This document shows positions 29,582 to 41,065 of a DNA stretch of 64,000 bases, piece after piece. Numbering within the stretch: the first letter of the stretch is position 1; every line of letters begins with the position of its first letter. Made by a program: the position numbers and the translations under genes. The notes beneath the pieces were generated by a model, which had not been told where the DNA came from, did no database searches, and worked only from the letters and a program-made list of their open reading frames with translations. The DNA comes from an uncultured Candidatus Hydrogenedens sp. (GTDB lineage Bacteria > Desulfobacterota_D > UBA1144): positions 75,556-139,555 of the forward strand of contig CACLTT010000004.1 of NCBI GenBank assembly GCA_902609885.1. Reading direction: 5' to 3'.

Positions 29582-30890
29582 ATTGAAATTATTTAATGGT
29601 GTGTCAATTATCGGTGCAGGACTAGCTGGTTGTGAGGCAGCCATGCAAGTAGCAAAAAAAAATATTCCCGTAAGAATTTATGAAATGAAACCAAAAAAAT
29701 TTACTGAGGCTCATAAATCACCTCAGTTCTCTGAATTAGTTTGCAGTAACTCTCTGAAATCAGATTCACTCGAAAAAGCAGCTGGGATTTTAAAGAATGA
29801 AATGATAAGTTTGGGATCAATAGTTCTAGAATCTGCACTAAAAAATCGTGTGCCTGCTGGTGGAGCCTTGGGAGTAGATCGCGAAGGCTTTTCGAAATAC
29901 ATAACAAATAAGATAAATGAGAATAAGTTTATAGAAATTGTTAACGAGGAATTTACCACAATACCATTTGATATTGATAAACCGCTTATTATTTCTAGCG
30001 GTCCTTTAACTTCAAATACTCTCTCCAAAAGCATAGAAGAATTCTTTGGAGTTAAATCTTTAGCATTTTATGATTCCATATCGCCTATTATTTTATATGA
30101 TTCTCTTGATAAAAATCATTTTTTTAGAGCTTCAAGATATGATGAGTCAGAGGGAGATTATATCAACTGTCCATTAAATGAAATAGAATATAAAAATTTT
30201 ATTTCTGAATTAATTCAATCTGAAAAAACTGAATTTCATAGCTTTGAAAAAATAAAATATTTCGAAAGCTGTTTACCTATTGAGATTATGGCTGCTAGAG
30301 GAGAAGATACTTTAAGATTTGGACCTATGAAGCCAGTTGGTTTAATAAATCCTAAAACAGGAAAAAGACCTTATGCTGTGATACAGCTAAGAAAAGAAAA
30401 TAAAAGTGAATCGATGTGGAACATAGTAGGTTTCCAAACAAAAATGAAAGTAAATGAACAAAAAAGAGTTTTTAAATTAATACCTGCTTTCAAAAATATA
30501 GAATTTTTAAGGTTTGGCAGTATTCATAGAAATACATATTTGAATTCGCCTGGAAAACTTTATAACACATTACAAACAAAAAAAAATAAGAATATTTTTT
30601 TTTCAGGCCAGCTAACTGGTGTTGAGGGCTATACTGAATCATCCGCAATGGGCATAGTAGCAGGAGTTAATGCAGTTAGAGTTTTTAAAAATCTTGAACC
30701 TATTCAATTTCCTCTAACCACAGCCATCGGAACTCTATTAAACTATATTTCGAAGGAAGACAAGAAGGATTTGCAACCCATGAACATAAATCTTGGACTC
30801 TTTAATATTGAAAAACCAAAAAAAAATATTGCTAGTATAGTTAGTAGTTCTAAATTCGACATTTCTAATATCATTCAAACAATTAAATAG
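29565..30890 (+). CDS. trmFO: Folate-dependent tRNA m5U54 methyltransferase
   Basis: IGAGLAGCEAA, ELVCSNS, YFESCLPIE, FGPMKPVG, GSIHRNTY, GVEGYTES. Start TTG 29565 or GTG 29568. Confidence 0.95.
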   Translation: MVNKHKLKLFNGVSIIGAGLAGCEAAMQVAKKNIPVRIYEMKPKKFTEAHKSPQFSELVCSNSLKSDSLEKAAGILKNEMISLGSIVLESALKNRVPAGGALGVDREGFSKYITNKINENKFIEIVNEEFTTIPFDIDKPLIISSGPLTSNTLSKSIEEFFGVKSLAFYDSISPIILYDSLDKNHFFRASRYDESEGDYINCPLNEIEYKNFISELIQSEKTEFHSFEKIKYFESCLPIEIMAARGEDTLRFGPMKPVGLINPKTGKRPYAVIQLRKENKSESMWNIVGFQTKMKVNEQKRVFKLIPAFKNIEFLRFGSIHRNTYLNSPGKLYNTLQTKKNKNIFFSGQLTGVEGYTESSAMGIVAGVNAVRVFKNLEPIQFPLTTAIGTLLNYISKEDKKDLQPMNINLGLFNIEKPKKNIASIVSSSKFDISNIIQTIK

Positions 30891-30921
30891 AAGATAACTT
30901 TCTTTGATGTTATTATTTTTT

Positions 30922-31767
30922 ATGGATTTTCAAAATATAATTTTGAAATTACAAGAATTTTGGGCTAAAGAAGGTTGTGTAATTTTACAGCCTTATGATC
31001 TTGAAAAAGGCGCAGGAACTTTCCATCCTGGAACCTTTTTGAGGTGTCTAGGAAAATCGAATTGGTCTGCTGCTTATGTTGAGCCATGTAGAAGGCCTAC
31101 TGATGGAAGATATGGAGAAAATCCTAATAGACTGCAACACTATTACCAATTCCAAGTCATTATTAAACCATCAGTTGATAACATCCAAAGTTTATATCTA
31201 CAAAGTTTAGAATTTTTAGGAATTAATACAAAGAAACATGACATTAGATTTGTTGAAGATGATTGGGAATCGCCTACACTTGGTGCTTGGGGTTTAGGCT
31301 GGGAAGTCTGGTTGGATGGAATGGAAATTACACAGTTCACATATTTTCAACAAGCAGGTGGTTTTGATTTAGATCCTATCACAGTTGAAATTACATATGG
31401 TACTGAAAGGATTGCAATGTATCTACAGAATGTATCCAGTGTTTTTAATTTAAATTGGTCAAAGAATATAAAATATAAAGATATTCACCACAGAACAGAA
31501 TATGAATTTTCTAAATATAATTTTGAGTTTGCAGATATTTTAATGTTAAAGAGATTTTTTAATGATTCTAAAAAAGAATGTTTGAACTTAATAAATAAAG
31601 GCCTTCCACTACCGGCATATGATTATTGTATGAAGTGCTCACACTTATTTAATTTATTAGATGCAAGAGGAAGTATAAGCGTAACGGAAAGGGCTAGATA
31701 TATTCTAGAAATTAGAGAGTTAGCTAAAAATTCAGCTAATCTATATATGGAAAAATATGAAAAATAA
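30922..31767 (+). CDS. glyQ: Glycine-tRNA ligase alpha subunit
   Basis: [39 protein letters not shown]. Confidence 0.97.
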   Translation: MDFQNIILKLQEFWAKEGCVILQPYDLEKGAGTFHPGTFLRCLGKSNWSAAYVEPCRRPTDGRYGENPNRLQHYYQFQVIIKPSVDNIQSLYLQSLEFLGINTKKHDIRFVEDDWESPTLGAWGLGWEVWLDGMEITQFTYFQQAGGFDLDPITVEITYGTERIAMYLQNVSSVFNLNWSKNIKYKDIHHRTEYEFSKYNFEFADILMLKRFFNDSKKECLNLINKGLPLPAYDYCMKCSHLFNLLDARGSISVTERARYILEIRELAKNSANLYMEKYEK

Positions 31768-33832
31768 AAAATTAGAATTCTTCCTAGAAATTTATATGGA
31801 AGAAATTCCTGCTAGACTTGTTAATGATTTATCATCACAACTTAAAAGTAATTTTGAAGTTTTAATGAAAGAGAAAGACATTTCATATTCACATATTAGA
31901 TCGTATGGAACTCCTATGAGATTAGTATTATTCATAAATGGTTTAAAAAATAAAACCGAGGACAAAAAATTAGAAATATGGGGCCCACCAGAAAATATTT
32001 CTATTTCAAATAAAAAAGAATTTTTAAAACCTGCAGAATCATTCATCAAAAAAAATAATATTAATAAAAAAGAAATTCATATAAAGAAAAAGAATGGAAT
32101 GAATTTTTTATTTTGCAAAAAAACAATAAAGGGTTCTAAAAACCAAGAAAATCTTAGAGAAATTACGATTGAATCAATATCTAAAATAAAAAATAAAAAG
32201 TTTATGAGATGGAGTGACAAAAGTTTTGCATTTATTAGACCTATTAAAAATATATTTGCGAATATGAATAAGAAATTTATTAAAATAAATTTTATGGAAA
32301 TACCTTCAGAAAATAAAATTATTGGCCATCGTTTTTCTCAAATGTCTAGTAGAAAAATTAAATCTTTTGATGATTATTTAAATTTTTTAAAAAAAAATGA
32401 TGTTATTTTAGATTTCAAATCTAGGAAAGATAAAATTTTGGAGGAAGTTAGAAGAATAGAGAAGAAAGAAAAGGTATATGTAAATCCAGACTTAGACTTA
32501 ATTAATCATGTATCTAATCTGACTGAATATCCTAAGGTACTAATTGGAAATTTTGATAAGAGTTTTTTAAAAATTCCAAAAGAAGTAATAAATTCGATAA
32601 TGAAAAATCATCAAAAATATTTTTCGATATATTCAACTTCAAGTATGAAGAAACTTGTTCCAAATTTTTTATTTGTAGCTGGATCTCCATACTTGGATAA
32701 TAATAAAGTTATTCAGGGAAATGAGAAGGTTTTGGCCGCAAGACTAAATGATGGGAAGTTCTTTTATGAAGAAGATATTAAAAATGGACTTGAGAAAATA
32801 AGAGAAAAAATTGATCATATTACTTTTATTGAAGGCATTGGAAGTTATGGGGATAAGGCCAAAAGAGTTAGTAAATTGGCCTTAAAAATAAGAGATATGC
32901 TAAATTTAAATATAAGCGAAGATGATATAATAAAAACTTCAGAATTATGTAAAGCGGATTTGGCATCACAAATGGTATTCGAATTCCCAGAACTTCAAGG
33001 AATAATGGGTGGATATTACTACCGTGACAAAAGCAAAATTATTGCAAATTCTATTACAAGCCATTATTTACCAAAAACAAGAGATGACAGCCTTCCTAAA
33101 GATAATCTATCAAAAATCATCAGTATTTCGGATAAATTAGATACAATATGCTCTGCATTCCATATGAAACTTTTGCCCACGGGGAGTTCTGACCCATATG
33201 GACTTAGAAGGTGTTGTATAGGTATAATTAGAATATTAGAAGAGCTAGATATAAATATAGATTTAATTGAAATTTTTAGAGAATCTTTTTCACATATTGA
33301 GAAAAAAGAAGGTATAAATAACAAGGAATCTTTAGATAGGGTTAAGTTATTTTTTACAGAAAGAATAAAAAATTATTATGTAGAAAATGGCTATAGTGTA
33401 AATATTTTGAATGCAGTAGTTTCAAATTTTAATTCTTTAGACATAGTAAAAATTAAAAAGAAAATATCAATCATTAAAAAACTAAATGGTTCTAAAGATT
33501 TGGTAAAAGCTTCTGAAATATTTAAGAGACTTAAAAATATTATTAAAGATAACAATTCAACAAATATTAATCAAAAGCTATTTCAAAATAAATATGAGGA
33601 AAATGTTTATTCGGAAATGTTAAGAATTGAAAAGCTTTTTAAAGCTAATCCAAATTATGATGAATCTGAAAAATGTTTGAAAGAGATTATTAAATCTTCA
33701 TCAACATTATCGAACTTTTTTAATAATGTTATGGTTATGGATAAAAAAAAGATTGTTAGATCAAATAGGCTAAACCTATTGACAAGTTTTAAAAAATTAA
33801 TTTCTGGAGTTGCAAACTTCTCAGATTTATAA
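31757..33832 (+). CDS. glyS: Glycine-tRNA ligase beta subunit
   Basis: [52 protein letters not shown]. Confidence 0.95.
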   Translation: MKNKKLEFFLEIYMEEIPARLVNDLSSQLKSNFEVLMKEKDISYSHIRSYGTPMRLVLFINGLKNKTEDKKLEIWGPPENISISNKKEFLKPAESFIKKNNINKKEIHIKKKNGMNFLFCKKTIKGSKNQENLREITIESISKIKNKKFMRWSDKSFAFIRPIKNIFANMNKKFIKINFMEIPSENKIIGHRFSQMSSRKIKSFDDYLNFLKKNDVILDFKSRKDKILEEVRRIEKKEKVYVNPDLDLINHVSNLTEYPKVLIGNFDKSFLKIPKEVINSIMKNHQKYFSIYSTSSMKKLVPNFLFVAGSPYLDNNKVIQGNEKVLAARLNDGKFFYEEDIKNGLEKIREKIDHITFIEGIGSYGDKAKRVSKLALKIRDMLNLNISEDDIIKTSELCKADLASQMVFEFPELQGIMGGYYYRDKSKIIANSITSHYLPKTRDDSLPKDNLSKIISISDKLDTICSAFHMKLLPTGSSDPYGLRRCCIGIIRILEELDINIDLIEIFRESFSHIEKKEGINNKESLDRVKLFFTERIKNYYVENGYSVNILNAVVSNFNSLDIVKIKKKISIIKKLNGSKDLVKASEIFKRLKNIIKDNNSTNINQKLFQNKYEENVYSEMLRIEKLFKANPNYDESEKCLKEIIKSSSTLSNFFNNVMVMDKKKIVRSNRLNLLTSFKKLISGVANFSDL

Positions 33833-33852
33833 CTATGGAGGATATTTAAATA

Positions 33853-36588
33853 ATGGCACCTGTAAACAAATCTAATTCATATCTTTATTTCTTTGGAAAT
33901 AAAAAATCAGAAGGTAAAGGGGATATGAAAGAAATACTAGGCGGTAAAGGTGCTGGTCTTGCTGAAATGACAGAAATAGGTATTAATGTGCCTCCAGGTT
34001 TTACGATTTCAACTGAGGTATGTAGTATTTTTTATAAAAATAAAAAGGCTTTACCGAAAAAAATCATTGATCAAACGGAAAAAAATATAATTAAATTAGA
34101 GACCATGACCGGTAAAGGATTTGGGGATCCTGTTAATCCATTATTAGTTTCTGTAAGGTCCGGTGCGATGTTCTCGATGCCCGGCATGATGGATACTATT
34201 CTCAATCTTGGATTAAATGATAAAACTGTAAATGGAGTAATTAAGAAAACAAAGAATCCTAGGTTTGCATGGGATTCTTATAGGAGATTTATTCAAATGT
34301 TTTCTGATGTAGTTTTAAAAGTTGATAAAGAAGTATTTGAAAAAAGACTCGAAATATTAAAAAATAAAAAAAACGTTAAGCATGATGTAGATTTAGACAG
34401 TAATTCTCTAAAGCAACTTGTAAGTGAATACAAAAAAATTGTTAAGTCTAAAACTGGCAAAAATTTTCCTCAAAATCCTAAAGATCAATTAGTTAAAGCA
34501 ATTGATGCGGTTTTTCTATCTTGGAATAACGATAGAGCAATTTTTTATAGAAAACAATATGATATACCATCTGAAATAGGAACTGCTGTTACAGTGCAAT
34601 CGATGGTTTTTGGGAATATGGGAAATGACTGTGGAACTGGTGTTGGATTCACCCGCGATCCTCTATCAGGAGAAAAAGAGCTATTTGCAGAATATTTATT
34701 AAATGCTCAGGGGGAAGATGTTGTAGCTGGTATTAGGACTCCAAAGAATATTAAAACTATGCAAAGAGAATTGAGAAAAGTACATTCACAAATTGAGAAT
34801 ACTGCAAAAATACTAGAGAGGCATTTCAGAGATATGCAAGACTTTGAATTTACCATCGAAAACGAAGTCCTTTATTTGCTTCAAACTAGATCAGGTAAAA
34901 GATCAGGTATTGCTGCTGCAAAAATTGCATGTGATATGGTAAAAGAGACATTAATATCAAAAGAAGAGGCGGTCTTAAGAGTTGAACCAGAACATCTTGA
35001 ACAATTCCTTTTTCCAATTTTTAATCCAGAGGACAAGAAAAAATTTGTTATTATGACGCGAGGCCTTGCTGCATCTCCAGGGGCAGCATCTGGTCGAGTT
35101 GCACTAGACGCACAGACTGCAGTAGAGTTAGGTAAAAAAGGTAAAAGAGTAGTTTTGGTAACACAAGAGACCAGTCCTGACGATATTCACGGAATGGCGG
35201 CCGCTCACGGGTTATTAACAGCTAGAGGAGGTCGAACAAGCCATGCGGCTGTTGTGGGAAGACAAATGGGAAAAGTTTGTGTCGTAGGAGCTGAGGAAAT
35301 TAAAGTTGATATAGCGAATAGAAGTTTTAGTGTCGGAAATAAAATTATTAAAGAAGGTGATTATATTTCCATAGATGGTTTTGAAGGAAAAGTTTTTTCT
35401 GGAGATATCCCTGTTGTAGCTTCAGAGGTAATACAAGTTATGCAAGGAAATATGAGAGAAATTGCTTCTGAGAGGTATAATATTTTTTCAACTATTTTAA
35501 AATGGGCTGATTCATTTAGAACACTCGATATTAGAACTAATGCTGATGTTCCAAGTGATGCCGTTACTGCAATTAAATTTGGCGCAGAAGGAATAGGCCT
35601 TTGTAGAACAGAGCATATGTTTTTTGCTGAGGATAGAATAAAAATAATGCAAGAAATGATTCTATCAAAAAGTGAAAAAGAACGAATCAAGCATCTAGAC
35701 AAATTAAAAGCAATGCAGAAACAAGATTTTATAGGTCTTTTTACAGCTATGCAGGGGTTCCCCTGTACAATAAGATTGCTGGATCCACCTCTACATGAAT
35801 TCCTTCCTAGCAGAGAAGAACTTATGTTGGAAATAAGAGAAATGGAGATAAGAGGCGAAAATAATAATGACCTTAAAGAAAAAAAGAATCTTCTAGAAAG
35901 AGTAGAAGAATTACACGAATTTAATCCAATGTTAGGGCTAAGAGGGTGTAGGCTAGGAATAACAATGCCAGAAATTACCAAAATGCAATCTCAAGCTATT
36001 TTTGAAGCTGTGGTTGAAGTAGAGAAAAAGAAAATAAAAGTTAAACCAGAGATAATGGTTCCACTTGTTGGGATGGTAACAGAGTTCAAGTATCAAAAAG
36101 ATATTATTGAGGCTGTTGCTAAAGAAAAACTTGGTAAGAAAAAAATCAATTATACTATCGGAACAATGATTGAAGTTCCAAGGGCAACTGCTGTAGCAGA
36201 TGAGATTGCGAAAGAGGCAGAGTTTTTCTCATTTGGGACTAATGATCTAACTCAAACTGTTTTTGCATATTCGCGAGACGATGCCGCAAAGTTTATCAAT
36301 AAATATTTAGAAACTCAAGTATCAATAGATGGTAAAAATTCTGATATATTAGAGAAAGATCCTTTTGCGAGTATTGATAGAAATGGTGTTGGCGAATTTA
36401 TGAAAATTGGTCTATCAAAAGGAAGAAGTACAAGAAAGGATTTAAAAGTGGGAATTTGTGGTGAGCATGGTGGTGACCCATCTTCAATAGAATTTTGCCA
36501 CGAAATAGGACTTGATTATGTGAGCTGTTCCCCTTTTAGAGTTCCAATCGCTAGGCTTGCTGCAGCTAGAGTTGCATTATCTAAATAA
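33853..36588 (+). CDS. ppdK: Pyruvate, phosphate dikinase
   Basis: LGGKGAGLAEM, SMPGMMDT, GGRTSHAAVV, GLCRTEHMF, FSFGTNDL, GICGEHGG. Confidence 0.97.
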   Translation: MAPVNKSNSYLYFFGNKKSEGKGDMKEILGGKGAGLAEMTEIGINVPPGFTISTEVCSIFYKNKKALPKKIIDQTEKNIIKLETMTGKGFGDPVNPLLVSVRSGAMFSMPGMMDTILNLGLNDKTVNGVIKKTKNPRFAWDSYRRFIQMFSDVVLKVDKEVFEKRLEILKNKKNVKHDVDLDSNSLKQLVSEYKKIVKSKTGKNFPQNPKDQLVKAIDAVFLSWNNDRAIFYRKQYDIPSEIGTAVTVQSMVFGNMGNDCGTGVGFTRDPLSGEKELFAEYLLNAQGEDVVAGIRTPKNIKTMQRELRKVHSQIENTAKILERHFRDMQDFEFTIENEVLYLLQTRSGKRSGIAAAKIACDMVKETLISKEEAVLRVEPEHLEQFLFPIFNPEDKKKFVIMTRGLAASPGAASGRVALDAQTAVELGKKGKRVVLVTQETSPDDIHGMAAAHGLLTARGGRTSHAAVVGRQMGKVCVVGAEEIKVDIANRSFSVGNKIIKEGDYISIDGFEGKVFSGDIPVVASEVIQVMQGNMREIASERYNIFSTILKWADSFRTLDIRTNADVPSDAVTAIKFGAEGIGLCRTEHMFFAEDRIKIMQEMILSKSEKERIKHLDKLKAMQKQDFIGLFTAMQGFPCTIRLLDPPLHEFLPSREELMLEIREMEIRGENNNDLKEKKNLLERVEELHEFNPMLGLRGCRLGITMPEITKMQSQAIFEAVVEVEKKKIKVKPEIMVPLVGMVTEFKYQKDIIEAVAKEKLGKKKINYTIGTMIEVPRATAVADEIAKEAEFFSFGTNDLTQTVFAYSRDDAAKFINKYLETQVSIDGKNSDILEKDPFASIDRNGVGEFMKIGLSKGRSTRKDLKVGICGEHGGDPSSIEFCHEIGLDYVSCSPFRVPIARLAAARVALSK

Positions 36589-36595
36589 TATTTAA

Positions 36596-38152
36596 TTAGT
36601 TTGCTGTAGCAGAAGCCCTCACCTCTCTTACTACTGTAATTTTTACATTCCCTGGGTAAGAAACTTCTTCTTCTATTTTTTTAGCAATATCATGTGACAA
36701 AATTGTTGCTTCATCATCATTAACTTTATCGCTTTGGACCATAACTCTTACCTCTCTACCTGCTTGTATTGCAAAACACTTATCTACTCCATTGAATGAA
36801 GAAGCAATATCTTCTAATTCTTTAACTCTTTTTACATATGACTCATATGATTCTTTCCTAGCCCCAGGTCTTGCAGCAGATATAGCATCGGAGGCTTGGA
36901 CTAATAAGCAATAAAGGCTATCCGGGTTGTCAGTATGAGAAAGCTCTACAGCATCAATTACTTCTTGAGGCTCATTAAATTTTTTAACCAGATCTCCTCC
37001 AATATCAACATGATTCCCTTCTATTTCGTGATCTACGGCTTTACCAATATCATGTAGCAAGCCAGCACGTTTTGCTAATTTAGGATCTAAGCCAACTTCA
37101 GCAGCCAAAACCCCACATATTTGGGCAACCTCAAGTGAATGATCTAATATATTTTGAGAATATGAAGTTCTATATTTCATCTTTCCTACAAGGCCTACTA
37201 AATCAGGATGCATATTACTAATACCTAATTCTAATATAGCCTCTTCACCTAACTTATTGATCTCTTTGTCTAATTGTGATTCAATTTCATCAACAATTTC
37301 TTCAATACGTCCAGGATGGACTCTACCGTCATCCAAGAGTCTTTTAATAGCTCTTGAAGCGACTTCTCTTCTTAAAGGATTATGTGATGAAACTGTCACA
37401 ACTCCGGGTGTATCATCAATTATAATATCAACACCTGTTTTTAATTCTATCGCGCGAATATTTCTTCCTTCTTTACCAATTATCCTTCCTTTCATATCAT
37501 CACTTGGCAAGTTTACTATAGAGGCAGTTTTTTCAGAAGTGTAAGATGCTGCATATTTTTGAATTGCTAATGCGATGATACCCTTTGCTTTTGATTCTGC
37601 ATCATCATTTATATTTTTCTCAATCTCTTTGATTTTTCTAGCAGATATTATTTTTGCTTCATTCTCGACAACTTTTATTAGCTCCTCTTTAGCTTCCTCT
37701 CTAGACAATCCTGCTATTGTTTCAATTTTTAACTTTGCGTCCTCCAAAATCATTTCTAGCTCTTTCTCACGATTTCTGTATTTAGACATTAAATCTTCAC
37801 AAGATTTTTCCCTCATCTCTATCTGGGCTTCTTTTCTAGTAATCTCAGTTAATTGGTTATCAATATTTTTTTCTCTATCTACTAAATCAGTTTTTCGGAA
37901 TTCAATATCTTTTTCCATTCTTTCAACCTCGGTCTTAATTTTTTTAATATGTGAATCTTTAAAATTTTTAACTTTTCTCTCAGTATCCTTAATCAGCCTA
38001 TTAGCCTTATTTTTAGCGCTGCCGATTATCGAATGCGCTTTACTTTCCTTATCTCTTATATCTTTGATTAATTTAAACCTTACAAGAAACCAAAGGAATG
38101 TGGCTCCAGTAAAAAAAACTAAAAAATATATACCAATATCAATTAAACTCAT
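36596..38152 (-). CDS. rny: Ribonuclease Y
   Basis: N-terminal TM, coiled coil, KH domain (KGRIIGKEGRNIR), HD domain (LLHDIGK), SAARPGAR. Confidence 0.96.
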   Translation of the reverse strand: MSLIDIGIYFLVFFTGATFLWFLVRFKLIKDIRDKESKAHSIIGSAKNKANRLIKDTERKVKNFKDSHIKKIKTEVERMEKDIEFRKTDLVDREKNIDNQLTEITRKEAQIEMREKSCEDLMSKYRNREKELEMILEDAKLKIETIAGLSREEAKEELIKVVENEAKIISARKIKEIEKNINDDAESKAKGIIALAIQKYAASYTSEKTASIVNLPSDDMKGRIIGKEGRNIRAIELKTGVDIIIDDTPGVVTVSSHNPLRREVASRAIKRLLDDGRVHPGRIEEIVDEIESQLDKEINKLGEEAILELGISNMHPDLVGLVGKMKYRTSYSQNILDHSLEVAQICGVLAAEVGLDPKLAKRAGLLHDIGKAVDHEIEGNHVDIGGDLVKKFNEPQEVIDAVELSHTDNPDSLYCLLVQASDAISAARPGARKESYESYVKRVKELEDIASSFNGVDKCFAIQAGREVRVMVQSDKVNDDEATILSHDIAKKIEEEVSYPGNVKITVVREVRASATAN

Positions 38153-38738
38153 AATTATCCTCACCTCTATTTTTATTTAAAAAAATATGACCAATCTCAA
38201 TATCATGTTTATTTGTTACAGAACAAGTAGGAAAATAGGAGTCAATGTCTATCAAAGAAATTAATCTATTTTTATCAACACCTTTTAGAGCTTTATCATA
38301 ATAACCTTTACCATACCCTATCCTTTTTTTATTTTTATCAATTGCTAAGCACGGAACAATGATAAAATCTAAATATTTTATATTAACTGCTTTCGAACTG
38401 TTAGGTTCCAAAATATTATACTTCCCTATAGTTAATTCATTTAAGTCTTTTACTAAATAGAAATCTAATTTTTCACCAGTTATTTTTGGAAAAAAAATTT
38501 GTTTGCCTTTGTTAAGCAAATGAAAAAAAATCCTACTAATAGAGATTTCGTATTTTGTAGCTGAATATAGTGCGATAGATTGAAAATTTATTGATTCCAG
38601 AAAATTAATACAATTAGATATACATTTATCAAAACTAATTTTATTAAAACTAGAATTATAATTATTTAAAACTCTTTTTCTCAATCGGCTTTTATCAAAT
38701 TTTTGATAAGATTGATTTAATTCTTTCAAAATTTTCAT
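38139..38738 (-). CDS. 5-formyltetrahydrofolate cyclo-ligase
   Basis: ILEP, IIVPCLA, RIGYGKGYYD. Canonical zapA-5FCL-rny neighbourhood. Confidence 0.9.
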   Translation of the reverse strand: MKILKELNQSYQKFDKSRLRKRVLNNYNSSFNKISFDKCISNCINFLESINFQSIALYSATKYEISISRIFFHLLNKGKQIFFPKITGEKLDFYLVKDLNELTIGKYNILEPNSSKAVNIKYLDFIIVPCLAIDKNKKRIGYGKGYYDKALKGVDKNRLISLIDIDSYFPTCSVTNKHDIEIGHIFLNKNRGEDNYEFN

Positions 38739-38946
38739 TTTTTTCCTCAGTTAAGGAAAGAACTTCATAAACCGAATTAATCAAGAGCAAAAGAGAAATG
38801 TCAGACTGAGAAAATTTATTTGGTTTTAATTTTAATTTTCTATATTCATCATTAATGTAATTTTCAATTCTTTTAACCATGATATCATCACAGCTAGTTT
38901 CAAATTCCAATTTTCTATTTACAAAATCTAAATTTATCTCTCTCAC
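38695..38946 (-). CDS. zapA: Cell division protein ZapA-like
   Basis: 83 aa with a ZapA-like pattern. Call rests mainly on synteny. Confidence 0.6.
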   Translation of the reverse strand: MREINLDFVNRKLEFETSCDDIMVKRIENYINDEYRKLKLKPNKFSQSDISLLLLINSVYEVLSLTEEKNENFERIKSILSKI

Positions 38947-39155
38947 TAAACATCTATATTTTTTACAACTTCATCTAGCTCTGATAGAACCAAAGTTAGT
39001 TCGTCCTTGTAAAAATTATTTTTTGTTTCAAGAGTCTTAATGTTTTTCTTATAAGTTGCAATTTCATATTCAAGACTCTTTACTCTTTCTTTTAATTCGT
39101 TTTTTTCTTTATTCGTATCCTTAACTTTACTATCAAGGATATCAATGATATCCAT
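38946..39155 (-). CDS. ZapB-like coiled-coil protein
   Basis: 69-aa pure coiled coil directly upstream of zapA. Confidence 0.55.
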   Translation of the reverse strand: MDIIDILDSKVKDTNKEKNELKERVKSLEYEIATYKKNIKTLETKNNFYKDELTLVLSELDEVVKNIDV

Positions 39156-39197
39156 GATATAATTCTATCGAATACTTTAAAGTTTACAAGTAATGAG

Positions 39198-40259
39198 ATG
39201 ATTGACGAAAAAATTATAAAAGAGCTAGAATTAGCTGAGGTTGAAATAGAGCGTATTGATGCATCTTTATCCTCGGGAAACATAGATTCTAATGATATTA
39301 GAGATTTATCCAAAAAAAGAAATGAAATATCAGGAGTTGTTGAGCTATATAAAGAATATAAGATTATTTTAAAATCAATCTCTGAAAATGAAGAATTACT
39401 TAATGAACCTGATTTTAAAGAACTTGCAAATGAAGAAATATCCGAATTGAAACTAAATTTAGTTAAAATAGTTGAAAAAATTAAAGATGAGACCAAACCA
39501 GTTGATCCTCTAGATAAAAAAGACGTAATATTAGAAATAAGGGCGGGAGCCGGAGGAGATGAAGCTGCACTCTTTGCATCAGATCTATTAAGAATGTACT
39601 TAAGATGTTCTGAAAGAAAAGGATGGAAAACGGAAATAATAAATAAAAATGATATTGGGCTTGGTGGGATAAAAGAAGCAATCGTCTCAATTTGTGGAAA
39701 AAATATATATAAATATATGAAATTTGAAAGTGGTGTTCATAGAGTTCAGCGTGTACCTGAAACCGAGACTAGTGGGAGAGTTCACACATCCACAGCAACC
39801 ATTGCAATACTAGCTGAAGCAGATGAAATTGAAGTTGAAATTAATGAAAAAGATTTAAGAATAGATACATACAGGGCCTCTGGTGCAGGAGGGCAACATG
39901 TAAACAAGACTGATTCAGCAGTTAGGATTACACATCTTCCCTCAGGTATTGTCGTACAAAACCAAGACGAAAAATCTCAAAATAAGAATAAGCAAAAAGC
40001 ATTGAAAATTTTAAGAGCTAAAATTTTAAAAGTAGAAGAAAATAAAAAATTTGATGATATGTCTCAAACAAGAAAATCACTTGTAGGTGGTGGAGATAGA
40101 AGCGAAAAAATTAGGACTTATAATTTTCCACAAGGAAGAGTTAGTGATCACAGAATAAATTTAACCCTTCATAAAATTGATGAAATTTTAGATGGCAATC
40201 TAGATGAACTTAATGATGAATTATCTAAAAATTACTATGAGGATGCTTCTGGCGTATGA
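39198..40259 (+). CDS. prfA: Peptide chain release factor 1
   Basis: GAGGDEA, PET motif (VPETE), [13 protein letters not shown]. Confidence 0.96.
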   Translation: MIDEKIIKELELAEVEIERIDASLSSGNIDSNDIRDLSKKRNEISGVVELYKEYKIILKSISENEELLNEPDFKELANEEISELKLNLVKIVEKIKDETKPVDPLDKKDVILEIRAGAGGDEAALFASDLLRMYLRCSERKGWKTEIINKNDIGLGGIKEAIVSICGKNIYKYMKFESGVHRVQRVPETETSGRVHTSTATIAILAEADEIEVEINEKDLRIDTYRASGAGGQHVNKTDSAVRITHLPSGIVVQNQDEKSQNKNKQKALKILRAKILKVEENKKFDDMSQTRKSLVGGGDRSEKIRTYNFPQGRVSDHRINLTLHKIDEILDGNLDELNDELSKNYYEDASGV

Positions 40260-41035
40260 TGTTAATAATATCTTCATTATTCCTGTTATCTTTTGTAACT
40301 AATATTTTATATTCCATTAACGGCAATCTAAATTACTCAAAGATATCAAGGATTTTGCTAATTTCTGCTCTGCTTGGGCAAACCTATTTAATTTTAAATG
40401 GAAAAATTTTAATTGAATCAAAAACACTCGAGTCAAATTTATTTGTTTCGTCATGGATCGTAGGGATTTTTAGTATTTTTGTATTAAGAAAATATATAAA
40501 AAATCTGTATACACTATTTATATCCCCAGTATGCTTTCTTTTGTCAGTACCAATAATTTTTGTTGGAAATTTAGAATCGACTGTCTTTAGTAATAAAATT
40601 CTAATACTTCATGTAATGTCGAACTTCATATCACATACTTTAATATTAATAGCTTCAATAATTGCATTTCTATATATATATCAACATAAAAATATAAAAA
40701 TGAAAATAATCAACCAAATTGATAAATTGCCTAGCTTGTCCACATTAGAAAAAATACTTTTTTTAATCTTGTGTATATCTTTTCCAATTATGACACTAGG
40801 ATTTTCATTAGGATTTATACTATCTAAAGAACAAATTGGAACTTATTGGTTTGGATCAGTTTCAACAATTTCGGTTATCTCATGGACTGTATTCTTTTTT
40901 ATAATTCAAATAAGAGCATTCTTTGGTTTAAGTGGATTAAAAATATCATATTTTAGTATATTTGGATTATTTACAATAATATTAGGTTATATAGCGATGT
41001 ATTATCTAGAACTTCCATCACATACATTTTTATAA
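40256..41035 (+). CDS. Cytochrome c assembly family (CcsA/HemX-like) membrane protein
   Basis: About 8 TMs, conserved His (LILHV), [12 protein letters not shown]. The WWD motif is degenerate. Confidence 0.7.
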   Translation: MMLIISSLFLLSFVTNILYSINGNLNYSKISRILLISALLGQTYLILNGKILIESKTLESNLFVSSWIVGIFSIFVLRKYIKNLYTLFISPVCFLLSVPIIFVGNLESTVFSNKILILHVMSNFISHTLILIASIIAFLYIYQHKNIKMKIINQIDKLPSLSTLEKILFLILCISFPIMTLGFSLGFILSKEQIGTYWFGSVSTISVISWTVFFFIIQIRAFFGLSGLKISYFSIFGLFTIILGYIAMYYLELPSHTFL

Positions 41036-41036
41036 A

Positions 41037-41059
41037 ATTAGCGGCCAGGGGCCGCTAAT
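41037..41059. terminator. Hairpin between convergent genes (likely terminator)
   Basis: ATTAGCGGCC-AGG-GGCCGCTAAT, with a T-tract on the minus strand. Confidence 0.75.
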
Positions 41060-41065
41060 CAAACT

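Noticed and set aside
32380..32400. Other A/T homopolymers (8-9 nt) as recoding sites
   Set aside because: They are frequent in this AT-rich DNA and lie inside uninterrupted ORFs. Only the run at 16354 coincides with a clear break between two long frames.
35361..38180. Long antisense ORFs (35361-35981, 37575-38180) and similar short ones throughout
   Set aside because: They lie opposite conserved genes (ppdK, rny) and have Ser/Ile/Phe-rich mirror composition with no motifs.
39198..40259. Release-factor frameshift
   Set aside because: This is RF1 (PET motif) with a continuous ORF. The known frameshift applies to prfB.
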